NCBI GenBank assembly: GCA_036946225.1
Contig: JAQIJO010000002.1
Coordinates: 377,386-441,385, forward strand
Length of the DNA: 64,000 nucleotides
Source: Xylophilus ampelinus
GTDB lineage: Bacteria; Pseudomonadota; Gammaproteobacteria; Burkholderiales; Burkholderiaceae_C
Reading direction: 5' to 3'
Shown: in pieces, positions 27,455 to 36,530 of the stretch
Layout of the letters: each line of letters opens with the position of its first letter
Position numbering within the stretch: position 1 is the stretch's first letter
Made by a program: the position numbers and the translations under genes
Notes under the pieces: model-generated
The model's input: only the letters and a program-made list of their open reading frames with translations
What the model was told of the DNA's origin: nothing
The model's database searches: none

Positions 27455-27845
27455 AAGAATCGCTAACACCACCGATGGAGGAACCGCGAGCAGATGATGG
27501 CGGCGGCCAGCGACAGCAGCGCTTTATGGGTGTCGAGTCGGCGTTCAAAGCCAATGCGGAGCTGGCCGAAGCCTGCGAACCACGCGTGCGTGCGCTCCAC
27601 GACCCAGCGGTATTTGCCCAGGCGCTCGCTGCTCTCGACACCTCGGCGAGCGATGCGGCTGGCTATGCCCTTCTGCCTCAGATGTGCGCGGCACCACCGA
27701 TAGTCGTAGTCCTTGTCCGCATGCAGCTTGGGGGTCGCTGGCGAGGTCGGCCCGCAAGTCCTCTGACCAGGCATGGCATCGGCACATCGCTCGAACATCT
27801 TGGAGTCGTGACGGTTGGCTCCGCTGACCAGCACCACCGACTTAG
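27455..27845 (-). mobile_element. IS5-family (IS427-like DDE) transposase gene fragment, C-terminal half only
   Basis: ORF 27463..27837: ...GANRHDSKMFE......LHADKDYDYRWCRAHLRQKGIASRIARRGVESSERLGKYRWVVERTHAWFAGFGQLRIGFERR matches the C-terminal part of DDE_Tnp_1. No N-terminal half is present and the boundaries are approximate. Confidence 0.7.
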
Positions 27846-27846
27846 C

Positions 27847-28715
27847 TCATGCGCTGCGCTTGCGGGCAATCGTCCTGCGTGCCTGCAATACCACAGGCAG
27901 GTCGATCATACGGCCATCCAACTGCACTGCAGCGCCACCGGATGACGCATCGGCATCGACACGCGCTGCGCCCAAGCCAGCTCCTCTGGGCTGGGAGCGA
28001 GCGCCTCATGGACAACGGCTACCTGACGCGGATGAATGCAGAGCTTTGCGCCGAAACCGAAATTGAGAGCCCGCCGTGTGTCGTTGCGCAGACGCTGGTC
28101 GTCGTCGAAGGCTGCAGTCACTCCGTCGATTGCAGGAGCCAAGCCGACGAGGCGGGTGTGCAAGGCAACCGAGAACCGAAGCGTGTCGAGCTCGTGCTCA
28201 TCCTCGGAGCAACGCAAGCCCATGTCAGCCATGAAATCGATGTGGCCCACGACCAGCCGCAAGACGTTGGGCGCTCGAGCGATCTCACCGACTGCATGCA
28301 AACCTGCTGCGCTTTCGATCAACGGAAGCAGCGCTGCATTCGGGACGGCCCTTGCCGTCATTTCCAAATCGTGGGCGCTTTCGGCCTTCGGCACCATCAC
28401 CGCATCGAAGCCTTCGATTTGCCGCAACAGCATCAAATCGTCGCTGCCGTGCGAGGACGTATGTGCGTTGATCCGCACCACGACCGGGACCGGTGCTGAG
28501 CGCATCTCTGCCCATGCCTGCACGATCGCACTGCGTGCAGTGTCCTTGGCCGCCGCAGGTACGCTGTCCTCAAGGTCGAACACTACCGCATCAGCACCTG
28601 TAGCCATTGCCTTGGCGAAGCGTTCAGGACGGTTGCCAGGGACGAAGAGCAGCGTCCTGGCGAGTTGCAACGAGGACCTGGCCGAGCGGGCGGCAACGGC
28701 TGGCATTTCGGTCAT
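27847..28715 (-). pseudogene. CitE-like citryl/malyl-CoA lyase beta-subunit family gene with a 1-nt frameshift near the 3' end
   Basis: LLFVPGNRPERFAKAMATGADAVVFDLEDSV...VVRINA....FDAVMVPKAES...PLIESA...GHIDF..D...CIHPRQV is CitE-like. After ...EELAWAQRV the annotated frame ends abnormally (SMPMRHPVALQCSWMAV-stop at 27906). The +2 frame gives the canonical tail VDADASSGGAAVQLDGRMIDLPVVLQARRTIARKRSA-stop (27847-27849). Confidence 0.8.
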
Positions 28716-28831
28716 AGGGGGCTATCGATGAAGTGTTCGATCACGAGCGAACGCAAGATCGGCAATCTGCCCGCGAAGAAATGATCGGCTCCGGGCACTA
28801 CCATGACCGGCTGGCCATGAGGACGCGCCCA
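28712..28831 (-). pseudogene. C-terminal remnant of an alpha/beta-hydrolase-like gene, cut by the IS3 fragment
   Basis: ...RPHGQPVMVVPGADHFFAGRLPILRSLVIEHFIDSPL-stop. The xxPGADHFF motif is typical of the C-terminus (His loop) of dienelactone-hydrolase-like alpha/beta hydrolases. The stop overlaps the CitE-like start (ATGA). Everything upstream is replaced by transposase sequence on the other strand. Confidence 0.4.
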
Positions 28832-29312
28832 ACAGATCAAGTGCCTGACCGTCGTGGACGAGTACACCCGCGAGTGCCTGGCCATCGACGTGGCCGGGGC
28901 CATTCGCTCCAGGCGCGTGATCGAGGTGCTCTTGCGCCTGGTGAGCCTGCACGGCCCGCCGCTGTTCATGCGCTCGGACAACGGGCCGGAGTTCGTCAGC
29001 CATGCCATCCTGGAGTGGATCGCGCACTCGGGCATCGCCACCGTGCTCAACGACCCCGGCAAGCCCTGGCAGAACGGCACCGACGAGAGCTTCAACGGAA
29101 AGCTACGCGACGAATGCCTGTCCATCGAGTGGTTCCGATCACGACGCGAGGCGGCCGCCCTCATCGAGGCCTGGCGTGATCACTACAACGAGGTCCGCCC
29201 CCACAGCAGCCTGCAATACTTGACCCCGGCGGAGTTCAAGCAGCAACCCCGCCAAAACCTGCAACCCGCCGTCTTCTATTTAAAACTGTCTCGGTTAAAC
29301 CGAGCAGGTCAA
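28830..29312 (+). mobile_element. IS3-family transposase OrfB fragment (C-terminal rve half only)
   Basis: QIKCLTVVDEYTRECLAIDVAGAIRSRRVIEVLLRLVSLHGPPLFMRSDNGPEFVSHAILEWIAHSGIATVLNDPGKPWQNGTDESFNGKLRDECLSIEWF.SRREAAALIEAWRDHYNEVRPHSSLQYLTPAEF. No orfA or N-terminal orfB is present. The 3' boundary is approximate (29290-29323). Confidence 0.75.
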
Positions 29313-29313
29313 A

Positions 29314-29745
29314 TTGATGGGACATTCGCAGCGCATGGGCGAATACCTGCGCTACCGCAGCAGCCTGGGTCCGCGCCTGTCCGAGCTTGCGATCCTGGTC
29401 ACCGCGAGGCACTGGTCGCAGCAGGTGGAATGGGCGATCCATGCGCCGATCGCCGAGCGCGAAGGCATCAGCGCGCAGACGATCGAAAGCCTCGCCAAAG
29501 GGAAGCGGCCCACGAGCATGGCCGCGGTAGAAGCCGTGATCTACGGCTTCTACACAGAGCTCCATGAGACCCAAATGGTCAGCGACGCATGCTGGGCGAG
29601 GGCCATCGAGTATTTCGGTGAAGCCGGCGCAGTCGACCTCATCGGTGTGACTGGCTACTACACCTTTTTGTCCATGGTGATAAATGCATCCAGGACCACC
29701 GTACCGACAAGTGAGGCGAAGCCACTTGAGCCGTTGGGCAAATAG
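29314..29745 (+). pseudogene. carboxymuconolactone decarboxylase (AhpD-like) family gene lacking its N-terminal ~50 codons
   Basis: ...QRMGEYLRYRSSLGPRLSELAILVTARHWSQQVEWAIHAPIAEREGIS...VDLIGVTGYYTFLSMVIN is a typical CMD-domain core. Homology starts directly at the IS3-fragment junction. The ATG at 29314 may be fortuitous. Confidence 0.65.
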
Positions 29746-29800
29746 ACCTTGCTCTTCAGGCCATGTCCTCGATGGTTCGAGCTGACTCGGACTCTCAGAC

Positions 29801-30094
29801 TCAATCGATCAGCGCGAAATGTTCAACCTGCGGTGGTTGTGCAAAAAAAGGCCCCACGATCGATCGCCAATCCGCGAACGCTGGAGACTCGCGGAAATCC
29901 TTGGTGTGGTTCTCGAGTGTCTCCCATTCGATCATCAACAGGTAGCGCTCGGGCGATTCGATGCTGTGGTGCACCTTGTAGTCGATGAAACCCTGGGCTT
30001 TAGCGATCACCGAGGTGACGCCGTGCTTGATGGCGGTTTCGAACTCGACTTGCTTGCCCGGTTGGATGCGGAGATCCGCGACTTCGAGAATCAT
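29801..30094 (-). CDS. antibiotic-biosynthesis-monooxygenase (ABM, ferredoxin-like fold) domain protein
   Basis: MILEVADLRIQPGKQVEFETAIKHGVTSVIAKAQGFIDYKVHHSIESPERYLLMIEWETLENHTKDFRESPAF..W has the ABM/Dabb pattern, ~97 aa. Confidence 0.75.
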   Translation of the reverse strand: MILEVADLRIQPGKQVEFETAIKHGVTSVIAKAQGFIDYKVHHSIESPERYLLMIEWETLENHTKDFRESPAFADWRSIVGPFFAQPPQVEHFALID

Positions 30095-30119
30095 TTTTCT
30101 GTCCTGGACTTGGCTTTGG

Positions 30120-30305
30120 TCAACGCTCGGAATACAGCACACCGCCGCGCGACTTGTTGTCTGGCTCGGATTCGACGATCTGCACCACGACCTTGTCGCG
30201 GGGCACCTCGAACGATTCGATCACCGCATCCGTGATCTTCTGCATGAGCGCCTTCTTTTGCGCTGGAGTGCGGCCCTTGACCGCGTAGACGACGATTTCT
30301 GGCAA
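30120..30305 (-). CDS. 4-oxalocrotonate tautomerase family protein
   Basis: The 61-aa product begins MPEIVVYAVKGRTPAQKKALMQKITDAVIESFEVPRDKVVVQIVE. Pro1 after Met and the short beta-alpha-beta length are diagnostic of the 4-OT family. Confidence 0.85.
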   Translation of the reverse strand: MPEIVVYAVKGRTPAQKKALMQKITDAVIESFEVPRDKVVVQIVESEPDNKSRGGVLYSER

Positions 30306-30354
30306 GGTTCTACTCCTTTGAATCAGGCTCGGGACCTATCCCGAGCACGGGATA

Positions 30355-31344
30355 TCACTCTGGCTTGATGTTATGTCGCTTGATCACGTCAGCCCACCGA
30401 GCAGTCTCCGTTGAGATGAACTTGGTGAAATCTTCCGGCGAGCCGCCACCTACGACGTTGCCCTGGGACTGAATACGTTCCCGCAGATCCGGTTCCAGCA
30501 GAGCCTGATTGATCGCCGCATTGAGCTTTGCCACGATCGGAGCGGGGATTCCCTTAGGGGCGACGACGCCGAACCAGTTCGAGACGGCGAAATCCTTGTA
30601 GCCCAACTCAGCGAAAGTCGGCACGTCCGGCAACTGCGGCAGCCGCGTCTCGTTGGCCACCGCCAAGGCACGCGCTTTAGGCGGAGCAGACTTCAGATAA
30701 GGCAGAGCTGCCGGCACCATGTCGAACATGAAAGTGACGTTGCCCGCGAGCAGGTCGTTGGTGGCAGGCGCGCCGCCCTTGTAGGGCACATGCAGCATGG
30801 GGGTGCCCGTTGCCTCCTCCAGCAATTCGCCTGCCAAATGGAAAGCGCCGCCCGGGCCTGCCGAGGCATAAGTCGCTTGCCCGGCGTTGGTCTTGCTCCA
30901 GGTCACCAGATCGCCGACGCTCTTGAAAGACGACTTGCTGCTGACGAGGAGCGCGAGCGGTCCCTTCTCCAGCAGAACGACCGGCACCAGGTCGCGCGAC
31001 GGGTCGTAGCCGAGCTTGAGGAACAGCGCCTTGTTGACCGAAAGAGGCGCGAAGTTGCCGATGCCGATCACATGGCCGTCCGGGTTGGCCCGTGCGATGT
31101 ACTCGGTGCCAATGTTGCCAGCTGCGCCGGGCTTGTTCTCCACGATGACCGACTTGCTCAGGATGACGGCCAGCTTGGTCGCCACTTGCCTCGCGCGGGT
31201 GTCCGAACTGCCGCCCGCGGCATACGGTACGACGAACGAGATGGTTCGGCTCGGATAGCTGGCTGCTGCATCTTGCGCAAAAGACACCGAAACGGCGAGC
31301 GACGTAATCAAGCCGGTGACGGCCCATCGGACTTCACGATTCAT
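30355..31344 (-). CDS. Bug-family (TctC-like) substrate-binding protein
   Basis: Start MNREVRWAVTGLITSLAVSVSFAQDAAASYPSRTISFVVPYAAGGSSDTRARQV. Motifs: TYASAGPGGAFHLAGELL and LHVPYKGGAP. Confidence 0.9.
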   Translation of the reverse strand: MNREVRWAVTGLITSLAVSVSFAQDAAASYPSRTISFVVPYAAGGSSDTRARQVATKLAVILSKSVIVENKPGAAGNIGTEYIARANPDGHVIGIGNFAPLSVNKALFLKLGYDPSRDLVPVVLLEKGPLALLVSSKSSFKSVGDLVTWSKTNAGQATYASAGPGGAFHLAGELLEEATGTPMLHVPYKGGAPATNDLLAGNVTFMFDMVPAALPYLKSAPPKARALAVANETRLPQLPDVPTFAELGYKDFAVSNWFGVVAPKGIPAPIVAKLNAAINQALLEPDLRERIQSQGNVVGGGSPEDFTKFISTETARWADVIKRHNIKPE

Positions 31345-31373
31345 GCTTGTCTCAAGTTTTGGGAGAAATCCGC

Positions 31374-32363
31374 TCAGTCGAGCATGACCTTGGCCGCCGA
31401 GACGACCGCGGTCCAACGCTTGTCTTCCGCCTGGATGAATTGCCCGAAGGTTTCCGGGGTGCCACCGACCGGCGTCGAGCCGAGCTGCGTCAAGCGCTGG
31501 ACGGTGGCGGGTTCTTTCAGGATCTCATTGACCTCCTTGTTGAGGAAGCTCACGATTTCGGGCGAAGTTCCTCTGGGAGCAAGCAATCCGTACCACGCTG
31601 GCGCGTCGAACTGCGGCATCCCGGCTTCGGTGAAAGTCGGTACCGCAGGCAGCTCCGCCAGCCGCTTCGGCCCGGTCACGGCCAAGGCGGTTACCCTCGC
31701 GCCTTTGACGTTGCCCAGCGCCGACGGCGCGGTGTCGAACATGGCCTGGATCTGCCCGCCGATGAGGTCGGTGGTGGCGGGCGCGCTGCCCTTGTAGGGC
31801 ACATGCACCATTTGCGACTGCGTCTGTGCGGCGAACATCTCGCCCGCTAGATGTACCGAGGTGCCATTGCCGCCGGAGCCGTAGTTCACCTTGCCGGGAT
31901 TCGCCTTAGCGTAGGCGATCAGCTGCTCCACGTCCTTGGCCGGCACCTGCGGGTTGACCAGCAGCACAGTCGGCGAATCGGCGATGTGCACGACCGGCAC
32001 GAAGCTCTTCTGCACGTCGTAGCGCAGGCCCTTGTAGACATGCGGATTGATGGCGAGCGTCACCTGCCCGAAGAGCAGCGTCTGGCCGTCGGGCGCAGCC
32101 CGCGCCGCGAACTCGTTGCCGATGTTGGTGCCGGCACCAGCCCGGTTATCTATCAAGAAGGTGGTGCCGGTGCGCTCGGTGAGCCGGCTCGCGATGTAGC
32201 GGGCGACGTTGTCGCTGCCGCCGCCGGGCGCGAACGGCACGACGATGGACACCGGCTTGGCGGGATAGCCGTTCGGGCCAGGGCCGGCATGTACGGATGA
32301 GGCGATGGCGGCGAGGGATACCGCCAGGGCACTCGCGGAGCGGTGTGCTTTGGGAAATCGCAT
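31374..32363 (-). CDS. Bug-family (TctC-like) substrate-binding protein
   Basis: MRFPKAHRSASALAVSLAAIASSVHA...YPAKPVSIVVPFAPGGGSDNVARYI. Motifs: NYGSGGNGTSVHLAGEMF and VHVPYKGSAP. Confidence 0.9.
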   Translation of the reverse strand: MRFPKAHRSASALAVSLAAIASSVHAGPGPNGYPAKPVSIVVPFAPGGGSDNVARYIASRLTERTGTTFLIDNRAGAGTNIGNEFAARAAPDGQTLLFGQVTLAINPHVYKGLRYDVQKSFVPVVHIADSPTVLLVNPQVPAKDVEQLIAYAKANPGKVNYGSGGNGTSVHLAGEMFAAQTQSQMVHVPYKGSAPATTDLIGGQIQAMFDTAPSALGNVKGARVTALAVTGPKRLAELPAVPTFTEAGMPQFDAPAWYGLLAPRGTSPEIVSFLNKEVNEILKEPATVQRLTQLGSTPVGGTPETFGQFIQAEDKRWTAVVSAAKVMLD

Positions 32364-32456
32364 GGTTGTCTCCTTGCTGTTTCAGGCATGCGGCAGCTGA
32401 ACCAGCCTTTGCGAGGGCTGGAACAGATGCGTTGCTATCGTCGGGGCGAAGCGGCT

Positions 32457-33524
32457 TTAGGCGAGCGCCTTCAGCACTACTTGCGTGAACGCCTTGGTGC
32501 CCAGCGTGCCGCCGAGGTCTGCGGTGCGGGTTGCCGGATCGGCCAAGGCGGATTCGACGGCCGCCTCGATGGCATCCCCAGCCTGCGTCAGCGCCGGGTT
32601 CTGGCGTTTTTCCCCCATCCACTGCAGCAGCATCGCCACCGACAGAATCATCGAGACGGGGTTGGCTTTATCTTGGTTTTGGATGTCCGGTGCGGAGCCG
32701 TGCTGGGCCTGGGCGCAGCACAGTTCATCGCCCGCCATGATCGAGCCTGCAAGTCCGAGACTGCCGGAGAGTTCGCTGGCCAGGTCCGACAGGATGTCGC
32801 CATAGAAGTTCTCAGCGACCATCACGTCGAAGCGCTCCGGGTTGCGCACCAAGTACGCGGTGCTCGCATCGACCAGCAGGTCGTCGAACTGCACTTCCGG
32901 GAACTCGGCGGCGACCTTGCGGCAGCACTCCAGGAACAGACCGTCGGTCATGTGGAAGCTGTTGGCCTTGTGGATGGCGGTGACCTTCTTCCGACGTTTC
33001 ATCGCCAGCTCGAAGGCGCGGCGTGCGATTCGCTCGCTGCAATGGCGGGTGATTTTGCGGATCGACAGCGCCATGTCCGGGCTGGGCATCACCTCACCCC
33101 AGCCACGCGACATGTTGCGGTCGGGATAGAAGCCTTCCGTCGCCTCGCGCATCATCACCAAGTCCATCGACTTGCCTTCGCGCAGGTTCGACAGCACGTA
33201 GGTACGGGTCCGCGCGGGGCGGACGTTGGCGTACAGGTCCAGGCCGACGCGGAACGCGCCGGAGATGTTGCGTCCGCCCTTCTCCGGCGCCGGGTAGTCG
33301 GCGTGCGACTGGGTGCCCAGGATGATGCCGTCATAGGCGCGGGCGCCTTGCAGGAGATCCTCCCGCAGGGTGGTGCCGTGCTTTTCCAGGCTGGCGAATC
33401 CGATGTCTTCGGTGGTGTATTGAAAGCCGAGGCCGAACTTGGCGTCGCAGGCCTTGAGCACTTCGAGAGCGGACGAGACGATTTCCGGGCCGATGCCGTC
33501 TCCGGGCAGGACGAGCAGTTTCAT
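32457..33524 (-). CDS. isocitrate/isopropylmalate dehydrogenase-family (tartrate-DH/IPMDH-like) beta-decarboxylating dehydrogenase
   Basis: MKLLVLPGDGIGPEIV...YANVRPAR...DLVMMREATEGFY...FDVMVAENFYGDILSDLASELSGSLGLAGS...HGSAPDI are the family signature motifs. It is a close paralogue of 51940..53013. Confidence 0.9.
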   Translation of the reverse strand: MKLLVLPGDGIGPEIVSSALEVLKACDAKFGLGFQYTTEDIGFASLEKHGTTLREDLLQGARAYDGIILGTQSHADYPAPEKGGRNISGAFRVGLDLYANVRPARTRTYVLSNLREGKSMDLVMMREATEGFYPDRNMSRGWGEVMPSPDMALSIRKITRHCSERIARRAFELAMKRRKKVTAIHKANSFHMTDGLFLECCRKVAAEFPEVQFDDLLVDASTAYLVRNPERFDVMVAENFYGDILSDLASELSGSLGLAGSIMAGDELCCAQAQHGSAPDIQNQDKANPVSMILSVAMLLQWMGEKRQNPALTQAGDAIEAAVESALADPATRTADLGGTLGTKAFTQVVLKALA

Positions 33525-33601
33525 GATGAGGATCTCCGTTGGACTATGGGTTCGATCGGTTGACCAGCTGGCCGGATCAGCGGATGGCTGGCGTTCGGAT
33601 G

Positions 33602-34015
33602 TCAGGTCAGGTGTTCGGCCGCGACCGCGCGTTCCTCACCGGTCGACACCAAGGTGCGGGTGGCGTCGACCGAGCCGTAGATCCAGAGAATCTTGAGTGG
33701 CTCGGTCGCCGAGGCGTTGCGGAAGCGGTGCGGCACGCCTGCCGGGATGAAGGTCGTGTCCTGCGGCTTGACCGGGATGTGCTCGTCGCCGATGTCGAAG
33801 ATAGCGTTGCCTTCGACCAGCACCACGCTCTCTTCGCAGTTGTGGAAGTGCCAGGGGATCTCCGCGCCGCCGGCGAACTCGGTGTAGCCGGTGATGAAGA
33901 CGCTGGCGCCCACGCCCTTGGTCACCAGCGGCGTGGTGCGCGCACCGCCGCCCCGCTCGTGCTTCTTGATCTTTTCCGGCTGGAGGAGCACGGCGTTGGA
34001 GGAGGTCTTGATCAT
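33602..34015 (-). CDS. cupin domain protein (paralogue of 10725..11123)
   Basis: MIKTSSNAVLLQPEKIKKHERGGGARTTPLV...PWHFHNCEESVVLVEGNAIFDIGDEH...TTFIPAGVPHRFRN...ILWIYGSVDATRTLV aligns along its full length with the other cupin. Confidence 0.8.
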   Translation of the reverse strand: MIKTSSNAVLLQPEKIKKHERGGGARTTPLVTKGVGASVFITGYTEFAGGAEIPWHFHNCEESVVLVEGNAIFDIGDEHIPVKPQDTTFIPAGVPHRFRNASATEPLKILWIYGSVDATRTLVSTGEERAVAAEHLT

Positions 34016-34046
34016 GTCGATTCCTTGAGTTCTCGGGTGGACGGAG

Positions 34047-35417
34047 TCACTTCGCCGGGCCGACCCAGACGGTCTTGATGTTGGTGAATTCCCGGATGCC
34101 GAACTCACCGAGCTCCCGGCCGTAGCCGGACTGCTTGATGCCGCCGAACGGCAGGCGCGCATCGGAAGCGACCAGGCCGTTGACGAAGACCGCGCCGGCC
34201 TCGATGCGCCGCACCAGTCGGTTGGCGCGCTCGAGGTCGCCGGTCCAGAGCGCGGCGCCCAGGCCGAACTCGGTGGCGTTCGCGATCCGGATGGCTTCGT
34301 CGACATCCGCCACACGGATGACAGCGGCAGCGGGGCCGAAGGTCTCTTCGACGGCGGCGGCCATGTCGGGCATCACGTGGTCGAGCACGGTCGGCTCGTA
34401 AAAGAAGCCTGGGCCGTCGATCGCCTTGCCGCCGATGAGCAGCTTCGCTCCGGCTTCGACGGTGCGCTCGACTTGCTTGTGCAGGTCATCGCGCAGGTTG
34501 GCGCGTGCCAACGGTCCGACGGTCGTGCTGCGATCGGTCGGATCGCCCACCTTGAGCTGGCGCACGCCTTCGCAGAAAGCTTCGACGAACCGGTCCGCTA
34601 CGGCGGCCTCGACGATGAAGCGCTTGGACGAGATGCAGCTTTGGCCGGTGTTGGAGAAGCGGGCCTTCACCGCGACCTTGGCGGCTTGCTCGATGTCGGC
34701 GTCGGCGAGCACGATGAACGGGTCCGAGCCGCCGAGTTCCAGCACCTGCTTCTTCATCAGGCTGCCGGCGTGCGCGGCGACCAGCTTGCCCACGACGGTG
34801 GAGCCGGTGAGCGTCACCGCCGCTACGCGCGGGTCGGCGAGCACACCTGCGACGTCCGATGCGTCGATCAGCAGCGTCGAGACCAAGCCCGCCGGTGCTC
34901 CCGCCTCGCGGAAGATCTCTTCCAGCGCCACCGCGCATTGCGGCACGTTGTTGGCGTGCTTGAGCAGTGCGCCATTGCCGGCGGCCAGCGCTGGGGCTGC
35001 GAATCGCACGAACTGCCAGAACGGGTAGTTCCACGGCATGATGGCCAGCACCACGCCGAGCGGGTCAAACACCACGCGACTTTCGGCCGCATTACTCGCC
35101 ACAGGCACATCGGCCAGATAGCCAGCAGCAGCGCCCGCGTAGAACTCCAGCGTCCAAGCCGATTTCTCGATTTCGCCTTCCGCTTCGGCGAGCGGCTTGC
35201 CCATCTCAGCGGTGATGATCGCGGCCAGGCGGTCGCGATCCCTGCGCAGGATGCCGGCGGTACGGGCCAACAGAGCCGTGCGTTCCGCGACAGGCTTGGT
35301 GGCCCAATCTTTCTGCGCTGCATCGGCAGCTGCCAGGATGGACTGGACTTGGTCCGCGGTATGCACTTCGAAACGCTGGATCTCGGCTTCGGTGGCAGGG
35401 TTGGTGGAGATGATCAT
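34047..35417 (-). CDS. NAD(P)-dependent aldehyde dehydrogenase (succinate-semialdehyde dehydrogenase-like)
   Basis: 456 aa. ...IMPWNYPFWQ...KHANNVPQCA...TLTGSTVVGK..., LELGGSDP and FSNTGQSCISSKR carry the catalytic Glu and Cys motifs of the ALDH superfamily. Confidence 0.9.
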   Translation of the reverse strand: MIISTNPATEAEIQRFEVHTADQVQSILAAADAAQKDWATKPVAERTALLARTAGILRRDRDRLAAIITAEMGKPLAEAEGEIEKSAWTLEFYAGAAAGYLADVPVASNAAESRVVFDPLGVVLAIMPWNYPFWQFVRFAAPALAAGNGALLKHANNVPQCAVALEEIFREAGAPAGLVSTLLIDASDVAGVLADPRVAAVTLTGSTVVGKLVAAHAGSLMKKQVLELGGSDPFIVLADADIEQAAKVAVKARFSNTGQSCISSKRFIVEAAVADRFVEAFCEGVRQLKVGDPTDRSTTVGPLARANLRDDLHKQVERTVEAGAKLLIGGKAIDGPGFFYEPTVLDHVMPDMAAAVEETFGPAAAVIRVADVDEAIRIANATEFGLGAALWTGDLERANRLVRRIEAGAVFVNGLVASDARLPFGGIKQSGYGRELGEFGIREFTNIKTVWVGPAK

Positions 35418-36343
35418 GCGGATGCCTCGTCAGTGGAAAAATGGATCAGGTCGGATGCTGCGAAGCCATAGAGCGCAGCAGGGTTGTGAATCAGGATTCG
35501 GTCGAGCAGCGACTCGTCGTGGTCGAAGCAGTCGGACAACGCCTGCAATGCATCGGCCGCATCGACAGCTCGGAACGGTTCGATGTCTGTGATCGATGTC
35601 GTGCGCACGCCAGCACCTCCGGTATGCGGCCAGTCCGAGCCCCACAGGAGCCGATGGGGTTTGGAACGGGCAAAGTCTTTCGCCAATGCCGCTAGATCCT
35701 GATAACCCGGCATATCCGATAGGCGATATGGCGCGGATAGCTTGACCCAGGTATTTCCGGCCGTGAGGAGTTCGGTCACGATCGGCGCGCTGCCGTATCC
35801 CGCACCGAAATGGTCGAGAACCAGGGGTACTGACAGGCCTCCCAGGTCATCAGCCAAGCCCTTCAACACGGCAGGACCGGCATGCAGTTGCAGGTGCCAG
35901 CCCAGGGGCGCGATCCGCGTTGCGCATTCAGCGAGCTCCCGACGGACCTGCTTCAGGTCGTCTTCGACGCGAACGCTGATGTTCAACCGGAGGCCGCGGA
36001 CGCCGGCGCGGTGCAACTGCGCCAGGACTTCATCCCCAGCGTTCGCGAGGTTGGCGACAGCCACTCCTCGCGCCCCAGCGCCGAGACAGGACAGCCCGTG
36101 CAACAGCGCAGCGTTGTCCGTGCCGTAGCAGCTCGGCTGCACCAGCACGACCCGCGACATCCTCGTGCGAGCCAAGACCTTGCGCAGTGCATCGACGTCA
36201 GCAGCGCCTGGCGTATAGCCGCGATCCAACGCATAGGGAAAGGATTCGGGCATGAACAGGTGGACGTGGGTGTCGCAGCACCTAGAAGCTGACTGTGCTG
36301 CGAGACCTTTCCCAGCTGTGCGTGATGTATCGATGACTTGCAT
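35414..36343 (-). CDS. amidohydrolase_2, LigI-like (2-pyrone-4,6-dicarboxylate-hydrolase-type lactonase family)
   Basis: ...CCDTHVHLFMPESFPYALDRGYTPGAADVDAL...RVVLVQPSCYGTDNAALL...LDHFG...WGSDWPH. It is a paralogue of 55836..56729. Confidence 0.8.
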   Translation of the reverse strand: MQVIDTSRTAGKGLAAQSASRCCDTHVHLFMPESFPYALDRGYTPGAADVDALRKVLARTRMSRVVLVQPSCYGTDNAALLHGLSCLGAGARGVAVANLANAGDEVLAQLHRAGVRGLRLNISVRVEDDLKQVRRELAECATRIAPLGWHLQLHAGPAVLKGLADDLGGLSVPLVLDHFGAGYGSAPIVTELLTAGNTWVKLSAPYRLSDMPGYQDLAALAKDFARSKPHRLLWGSDWPHTGGAGVRTTSITDIEPFRAVDAADALQALSDCFDHDESLLDRILIHNPAALYGFAASDLIHFSTDEASA

Positions 36344-36530
36344 GAGTAGGTAATTTTAAACATTCAAAATACCAAATCAATAGCTGAGATTGACCCTAAT
36401 GAGAGGTAGGTATATATGTATAAGTTGTTTTCCTGAGCTCTACTTCCTCAATCGTTTAGGTACATCAAACACTCAACAGTACCAAATTTTCCTATCTAGT
36501 GTCGGTGCTACGATGAGACCGAGAAACGCC

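Noticed and set aside
28854-29567. 237-aa ORF that looks like a complete transposase gene
   Set aside because: Only the first ~145 codons are rve-domain sequence. The remainder is read-through across the IS-fragment boundary into the out-of-frame CMD gene region, so the ORF is chimeric and not a real gene.
29773-29782. 10-nt match (TGGTTCGAGC) to the T-arm/3' part of tRNA-Asn, considered as a possible att remnant marking an island sub-boundary
   Set aside because: The match is too short to distinguish from chance in 64 kb on two strands, and the flanking bases do not extend it. A longer direct repeat should be searched for computationally.
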